From positions 1-61,666 of IMG/VR virus record IMGVR_UViG_3300031244_000002: 61,666 bases of DNA, one strand, 5' to 3'. A model generated the notes under the pieces. That model ran no database searches. It saw nothing but the letters and a program-made list of their open reading frames with translations, and had not been told where the DNA came from. This document shows positions 56,894 to 61,666 of the stretch, in pieces; the stretch's first letter is position 1; every line of letters starts with the position of its first letter. The position numbers and the translations under genes were made by a program. This DNA comes from a virus (Duplodnaviria > Caudoviricetes).

Positions 56894-57367
56894 ATGCCCC
56901 GGAGACTGACTGATGCAGATCTGGCTGCGATACTTGAACGGCAGGGCAAGCCAGTAGATTTCAAGTTCCGAAAGAACTCCGTACGATCTTCCGGCCCATC
57001 AGAGTCACAGATTCAGCAGGCTGTGATTCAATGGTGGCACCATGCGTGTGGCGCCTATGGAATACCAGAACGCTTACTCATGGCATTCCCTCTACAGGCT
57101 GCGCGCTCCCCGCGCAATGGCGCCAGAATGAAAGCCGAGGGCTGTCGAGCTGGCACACTAGATCTCCAGCTAGCTGTCGGCCGTGGTCGGTTCAATAGCC
57201 TATGGATAGAGATGAAAACACCTACAGGAAGGGTATCAGATGAGCAGACAGAAATGATCATCGCCTTACAGCACCAGCGAAACATGACCGCAGTTTGCAG
57301 ATCGTCTGAAGAAGCCATAAAAGAAATTCAAGAATACCTCGCTCTCGACGGAGGCTGCGATGAATGA
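56894..57367 (+). CDS. VRR-NUC domain nuclease
   Basis: ESQIQQAVI, MKAEG..AG..DL, WIEMKTPTGRVSDEQ. Confidence 0.85.
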   Translation: MPRRLTDADLAAILERQGKPVDFKFRKNSVRSSGPSESQIQQAVIQWWHHACGAYGIPERLLMAFPLQAARSPRNGARMKAEGCRAGTLDLQLAVGRGRFNSLWIEMKTPTGRVSDEQTEMIIALQHQRNMTAVCRSSEEAIKEIQEYLALDGGCDE

Positions 57368-59060
57368 GGTCTTCGAGGTAGAGTTTGAAGAGCCGTTAAA
57401 GTTTAGCCTACGCGATTACCAGATTGCAGCTCAGAACGCTACAACTGAAGGCTGGAAAACGTTTCAACGCCAGCTTTTGGCGATGGCTACTGGAACTGGT
57501 AAGTCTACAATATTCGCGTCACTAGCTGCCAATGAGTGGATCAATAATCACGGACGCACACTCATCCTTGAGAACCGCGATGCGCTCGTGCGCCAGACGG
57601 CCAAGCGTATTAAAGACGAGACAGGCATGGAGTGCGAGATCGAGATGGCCGATCTTCATGCAAGCATAACAGCGCCAGTGGTTATCGCATCGGTTCCAAC
57701 GCTCTGTCGGGATCGGCGCTTAACGGGTTTCCCGGATACCCACTTTTCGCAAGTCGTTGTCGATGAATGTCATCACAATTTATCAGCATCCTTTTCTAAG
57801 ATAACGAGTTACTTCCACTATGGCGCTGAATCATCTGCGGAAGGATGGACTCCACCGCCAGATGGAACATACCAGCCTAAGGCAAAGATCCTTGGCGTTA
57901 CCGCAACACCTGAGCTTTCTTCGAAGCGTACTCTCGGTGAAATGTATCAGACAATTGCATACACGTATTCGCTTATAGACGCCGTTCGTGATGGCTGGCT
58001 TGTTCCTCCAATAACCAAGAATATACCACTCAAGATCGATATCCGCGGATTACGTCCAGGACGCACACCAAATGGTAGTGACTTCAAACTAGAGGATCTT
58101 AGCGCTAGGCTTGAGCCTGTACTTGAAGCACTGGCAGAACAGATATGCGAGATCGCAGCAAACGAGAAGACGATAGCATTCGTTCCATCCGTCGAGTGCG
58201 CACGGATACTAGCCGATGCAATTTGTCGCCACGGCCTTAACGGAATCTTCGTCTCTGGCGACTGCCTTGATGTCGATGAAAAGACTGAGGCGTATAGACG
58301 AGCAGGACGCGGGACCGTATTGGTAAATTGTGCACTTTACGTCGAGGGAGCGGATTTCCCCGATACGTCCTGCGTTGTCATCGCTCGTGCTACAAAATCA
58401 ACCGGGTTCTATCGCCAAATGATAGGACGTGGTACTCGCGTTTTAGCTGGCGTAGTAGACGGGCTTAATACTCCAGAGAAGAGACGTGCCGCAATTGCAA
58501 CGAGTGCCAAACCAACGTTACTCATTCTCGATCCACTCTGGGTATCAGATCGCATCGATCTCTGTGATGCCTATGATCTTTTTACAGATAAACCTGAGGT
58601 TAAAGAGCGGATGAAAAAGCTTGGCCAGCCAAGTGAAGAGGCAGCCCGACAAGCAGAGCGCGACATGATTAAAGCGCTAGAGAAGGAAGCACGTAAACAT
58701 ACACGCAAGAAATCACGTGTTATAGACCCGCTTGCATGGTCGGTTATGGTCGGCGATGAAGCGCTCGCAGAATTTACTCCAGGAGATAACTGGGAATCAG
58801 TAGCGCCAACAGAAGGCCAAATCAAATTTCTCCAGCAACAAGGAATAGATACTTCAAAAATAAAATACAAGGGGCATGCTCACAAGATCATCGGACGTGT
58901 GATGTCTCGACTTAATCTAGGTTTGGCCACTGGCCGTCAACTTTCACTCATGCGCCAGCTAGGTCTCGATGAACAGACGTGCGCTACCCTCACGGTCAAG
59001 GAAGCATCACTAGCGATCGATCATGCGATGGCAGAACGCAAGCGCTACGCTCACACCTGA
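57360..59060 (+). CDS. Superfamily 2 DEAD/DEAH-box helicase
   Basis: LRDYQ, ATGTGKS, VVDECHH, GVTATP, EGADFP, QMIGRGTR. Confidence 0.92.
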   Translation: MNEVFEVEFEEPLKFSLRDYQIAAQNATTEGWKTFQRQLLAMATGTGKSTIFASLAANEWINNHGRTLILENRDALVRQTAKRIKDETGMECEIEMADLHASITAPVVIASVPTLCRDRRLTGFPDTHFSQVVVDECHHNLSASFSKITSYFHYGAESSAEGWTPPPDGTYQPKAKILGVTATPELSSKRTLGEMYQTIAYTYSLIDAVRDGWLVPPITKNIPLKIDIRGLRPGRTPNGSDFKLEDLSARLEPVLEALAEQICEIAANEKTIAFVPSVECARILADAICRHGLNGIFVSGDCLDVDEKTEAYRRAGRGTVLVNCALYVEGADFPDTSCVVIARATKSTGFYRQMIGRGTRVLAGVVDGLNTPEKRRAAIATSAKPTLLILDPLWVSDRIDLCDAYDLFTDKPEVKERMKKLGQPSEEAARQAERDMIKALEKEARKHTRKKSRVIDPLAWSVMVGDEALAEFTPGDNWESVAPTEGQIKFLQQQGIDTSKIKYKGHAHKIIGRVMSRLNLGLATGRQLSLMRQLGLDEQTCATLTVKEASLAIDHAMAERKRYAHT

Positions 59061-59728
59061 TTATCACCGAAGAGTTTCTTCACATAACTGCCATAAAGAT
59101 CAGCCGATCTAGGGTTAGAGAACTTCTTGGCATATAATCCAGTTCCTCCCATATGTCCCTCTCCACTAGAATCTATTCCACTAGGGATAGAAGATCCCTT
59201 ACGACTAAACCCAAGCGCATTCGCGGGATCTATTTCTTCCTGTTCTCCGGGTAGCGCATCAGATCCAGTATCGTTTGTTAACGGATCATTCTTTGCCGGT
59301 TGATCAGCAGTCGGCTTAGGCTGGGAAACAGGAGATGGAGCAACATCTGTTGTAACCCCATCCTTGGTTAAGGTGCCACCGCTATTCATATCTGGATCAC
59401 TTACAGGACTCGGTGCAACGATACGCGTGATACCGCCACGAGTAAGCGTACCTCCGCTATTTTGAGTAGGAGAGAGATTCGATGAGCCAAATGCACTTGG
59501 AGCTACTGTCCTGGTAATTCCATCCCTAGTCATAGTTCCACCAGAATTTGGAGTAGCCCTAGATGGAGCACGCTGAAGTACCGATGGAGCTTGGCTCGTA
59601 GCCATCGTTCGCGGGCTCTGTGGCATCGCTTTCGGGCTCGGCACATAACTGGTAGAACCGACTTGCTGTTGCGGAAAGAGTGGCTGTGGTTTGCCACGAA
59701 AGGCGCGGGATAGAGGTACAGATGGCAT
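59051..59728 (-). CDS. Low-complexity protein with three NSGGT.T..G.T..VAPS repeats
   Basis: ORF translation. Confidence 0.55.
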   Translation of the reverse strand: MPSVPLSRAFRGKPQPLFPQQQVGSTSYVPSPKAMPQSPRTMATSQAPSVLQRAPSRATPNSGGTMTRDGITRTVAPSAFGSSNLSPTQNSGGTLTRGGITRIVAPSPVSDPDMNSGGTLTKDGVTTDVAPSPVSQPKPTADQPAKNDPLTNDTGSDALPGEQEEIDPANALGFSRKGSSIPSGIDSSGEGHMGGTGLYAKKFSNPRSADLYGSYVKKLFGDNQV

Positions 59729-59761
59729 AAGATTTACGGGTTAACTTCTAATTGTTGATTT

Positions 59762-60037
59762 TCACGATTTATTCAAATCAATATCTGTCCATTTAGATCC
59801 GTCTGGGTGTGGGCATTTAGCTGTGGCAAGCCACCACTTAAAACGCGTGCAACCACAACCCGGAGCAGTACACTCACCAAGCCACATATTTCCGCGTCGG
59901 TTATAATAGTCACATGCTTCGCAAGCTGTACTACGGGCATTCAATTGATTTTCGTCGACAACAGGGAATCCCTTCCTAGCCCATACGCGCAGTTCACGTT
60001 GTAGATTCCAAGCCTTTAGCGCAATTGATGGGTTCAC
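59762..60037 (-). CDS. Cys-rich hypothetical protein
   Basis: R...CEAC...C...GCGC...K.......CP...KW. Confidence 0.6.
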   Translation of the reverse strand: MNPSIALKAWNLQRELRVWARKGFPVVDENQLNARSTACEACDYYNRRGNMWLGECTAPGCGCTRFKWWLATAKCPHPDGSKWTDIDLNKS

Positions 60038-61170
60038 GGCTTAATTGCGATTACAGCGGTTTCATTTATACACGCACTATCCCAGTCAAAATCTACCCCG
60101 ATCTGCATCGGTGCATAGACTACAAAGTCTCCAGATCCGCTCCCGTTTTGACCATAAGTATTAACCCCCCAGAACCAGATCGTTCCGTCGGACTTTAATC
60201 CCAGTGCTCCTACGGAATTATTTAGAGATATTGCTGCCCAATCGGAATCCGATCCGATCTGCATCGGTGCGTGGACTAATAAATCCGCAGCGCCACTTCC
60301 GTTGCCTCCCCAAGAATTAGTCCCCCAGAACCAAATCGTTCCGTCGGACTTTAGTCCTATTACTCCTCCGACATCGTTTATTGATATATAAACCCAATCC
60401 ACACCAAAACCTATTTGTGTTGGTACGTATATAACGGAACTACTAACACCGCTACCATCCTGCCCCCTAAAATTACCACCCCAGAACCAAATCGTTCCGT
60501 CTGATTTTAATCCCATTGCTCCCGCAAAAGGGCCTAGAGATATTGTTGCCCAATCGGAATCCGATCCGATCTGCATCGGTGCATAAATTAATCCGTCTGC
60601 AACGCCATTCCCATTTTGACCATAATAATTAGTTCCCCAAAACCATATCGTTCCATCGGATTTTAGTCCCAGTGCTCCTATGTTATCACCAAGTGATATC
60701 GCTACCCAATCTGAGTCTGTTCCTATCTGCGTAGGTGTGTAAATACCGCCGCCTCCAGATCCTCTCCCATCTTGTCCGCAATCACTAGCACCCCAAAACC
60801 AGATCGTTCCATCGGACTTTAGTCCTATTACTCCTCCGAAATTATTTAGAGATATCGCTGCCCAATCGGAATCCGATCCGATCTGCATCGGTGCATAAAT
60901 TAATCCGTCTGCAACGCCATTCCCATTTTGACCGCTAAAATTCTTCCCCCAGAACCAGATCGTTCCATCTGATTTAATTCCAATTGCCCCTCCAAAAGCA
61001 CCTACTAGTATAGAGGTCCAATCAGAATCCGAACCGATCTGAGTAGGAATATATGTTACTCCATCACCTACTCCGCTTCCGTTTTGACCATCAAAATTTC
61101 TACCCCAGTACCACGCCTTAAACCCTACACTGCAACAGCTGCATGGCCCGGTAAACGAAATAGAACTCAT
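60034..61170 (-). CDS. RCC1/BLIP-II-like beta-propeller repeat protein
   Basis: Seven ~52-aa repeats GLKSDGTIWFWG.N..GQ.G.G......P.QIG.DSDW. Confidence 0.9.
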   Translation of the reverse strand: MSSISFTGPCSCCSVGFKAWYWGRNFDGQNGSGVGDGVTYIPTQIGSDSDWTSILVGAFGGAIGIKSDGTIWFWGKNFSGQNGNGVADGLIYAPMQIGSDSDWAAISLNNFGGVIGLKSDGTIWFWGASDCGQDGRGSGGGGIYTPTQIGTDSDWVAISLGDNIGALGLKSDGTIWFWGTNYYGQNGNGVADGLIYAPMQIGSDSDWATISLGPFAGAMGLKSDGTIWFWGGNFRGQDGSGVSSSVIYVPTQIGFGVDWVYISINDVGGVIGLKSDGTIWFWGTNSWGGNGSGAADLLVHAPMQIGSDSDWAAISLNNSVGALGLKSDGTIWFWGVNTYGQNGSGSGDFVVYAPMQIGVDFDWDSACINETAVIAIKP

Positions 61171-61171
61171 A

Positions 61172-61450
61172 TCATGCCCCCCAAGTAAGCGTTACGGTTA
61201 TTGTACTCCCGCTACAAACGGCCGAAATTGAAGCCCCTTCTATCATTCTTGTTAATCTGCGTATATCGGCTAGCATTAAGTTAAGATTTTTATCTCCCTG
61301 TGGTAATGTTTCACGTGATAGCGATTGGTGAAAATCCCTAGATCTTCTAGCCTGTGCCTTAACAGCACGATCTACTGGATTATTATCCGGCACTACAAGC
61401 TTCTGCTTTGTAGTCCATGGTTCTCTAGATTCATCAATTTCTTCTGGCAT
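61172..61450 (-). CDS. Hypothetical protein
   Basis: 92 aa, tightly packed in minus-strand module. Confidence 0.5.
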   Translation of the reverse strand: MPEEIDESREPWTTKQKLVVPDNNPVDRAVKAQARRSRDFHQSLSRETLPQGDKNLNLMLADIRRLTRMIEGASISAVCSGSTITVTLTWGA

Positions 61451-61451
61451 A

Positions 61452-61666
61452 TTATACTGGTAGCGTAGGTGGCGTTGGGATGTCTGCTACTACCGTTGTC
61501 TTCCTATAATAATTAGTCCCGGTTATCGATGTGAATGCCGGTCTCTCATCAATATGAACGTCGAGTGTAACAGTCGTACCAGCAGGATTTGAAGGTCCAC
61601 CCGTGGTAGTTATAACAGCTGTTGTACCGCCATATATAGGATTCCCGAATATAGCTGCGTCAATTG
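61452..61666 (-). CDS. C-terminal part of the junction-spanning 418-aa ORF
   Basis: ...TIDAAIFGNPIYGG...PTLPV*; frame continuous with 1-1042 when ends are joined. Confidence 0.65.
   Translation of the reverse strand, partial: IDAAIFGNPIYGGTTAVITTTGGPSNPAGTTVTLDVHIDERPAFTSITGTNYYRKTTVVADIPTPPTLPV

Noticed and set aside
60034-61170. Diversity-generating retroelement TR/VR pair
   Set aside because: No reverse transcriptase recognised; repeats are in-frame protein repeats without an evident adenine-specific mismatch pattern
59051-61666. Invertible tail segment controlled by the serine recombinase
   Set aside because: No flanking inverted recombination sites found by eye, and the recombinase is far from this module
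1-61666. tRNA/rRNA genes and the many short alternative-frame or antisense ORFs in the track
   Set aside because: No tRNA or rRNA signature seen by eye (tRNAscan not run); the short ORFs overlap better-supported genes and lack motifs

Overview
This window looks like a complete, circularly closed ~61.7-kb dsDNA tailed-phage genome: a minus-strand ORF reads in frame across the 61666/1 junction. It has scaffold, N4-gp56-like capsid, adaptor and tail-fibre genes, TerL, a 2219-aa internal-virion-like protein, a portal, RecT/exonuclease/VRR-NUC/SF2 helicase and a DnaB_N-AAA helicase. No tail tube, sheath or tape measure is recognisable, so it is probably podovirus-like. A PEP-CTERM gene and SD-poor starts suggest an exosortase-encoding host, possibly Verrucomicrobiota (inference). 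The main discovery is a 6.4-kb array (30090-36600) of about 16 single-gene cassettes separated by 15 attC-like imperfect palindromes, with no integron integrase in the genome. The 7-bp cores at the two ends of each cassette are complementary to each other (12/15 perfect, 3/15 one mismatch), the footprint expected from IntI-type circular-cassette insertion. The sites appear inverted relative to the genes. Nine carry the downstream gene's start codon, and all 12 upstream ORFs that read through a site do so with the core AAC as an in-frame Asn, so the sites may double as translational-coupling linkers. Other highlights are an ISL3 element (8-bp TSD) carrying a PAPS-reductase-like passenger and giving a new in-frame ATG to the HTH gene it interrupted, a dual-frame (alpha/beta) C5-methyltransferase, a glycosyltransferase operon split by the array, a stand-alone response-regulator receiver and a thrice-repeated 18-bp promoter/operator. 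All calls come from motif reading by eye; no database searches were run.
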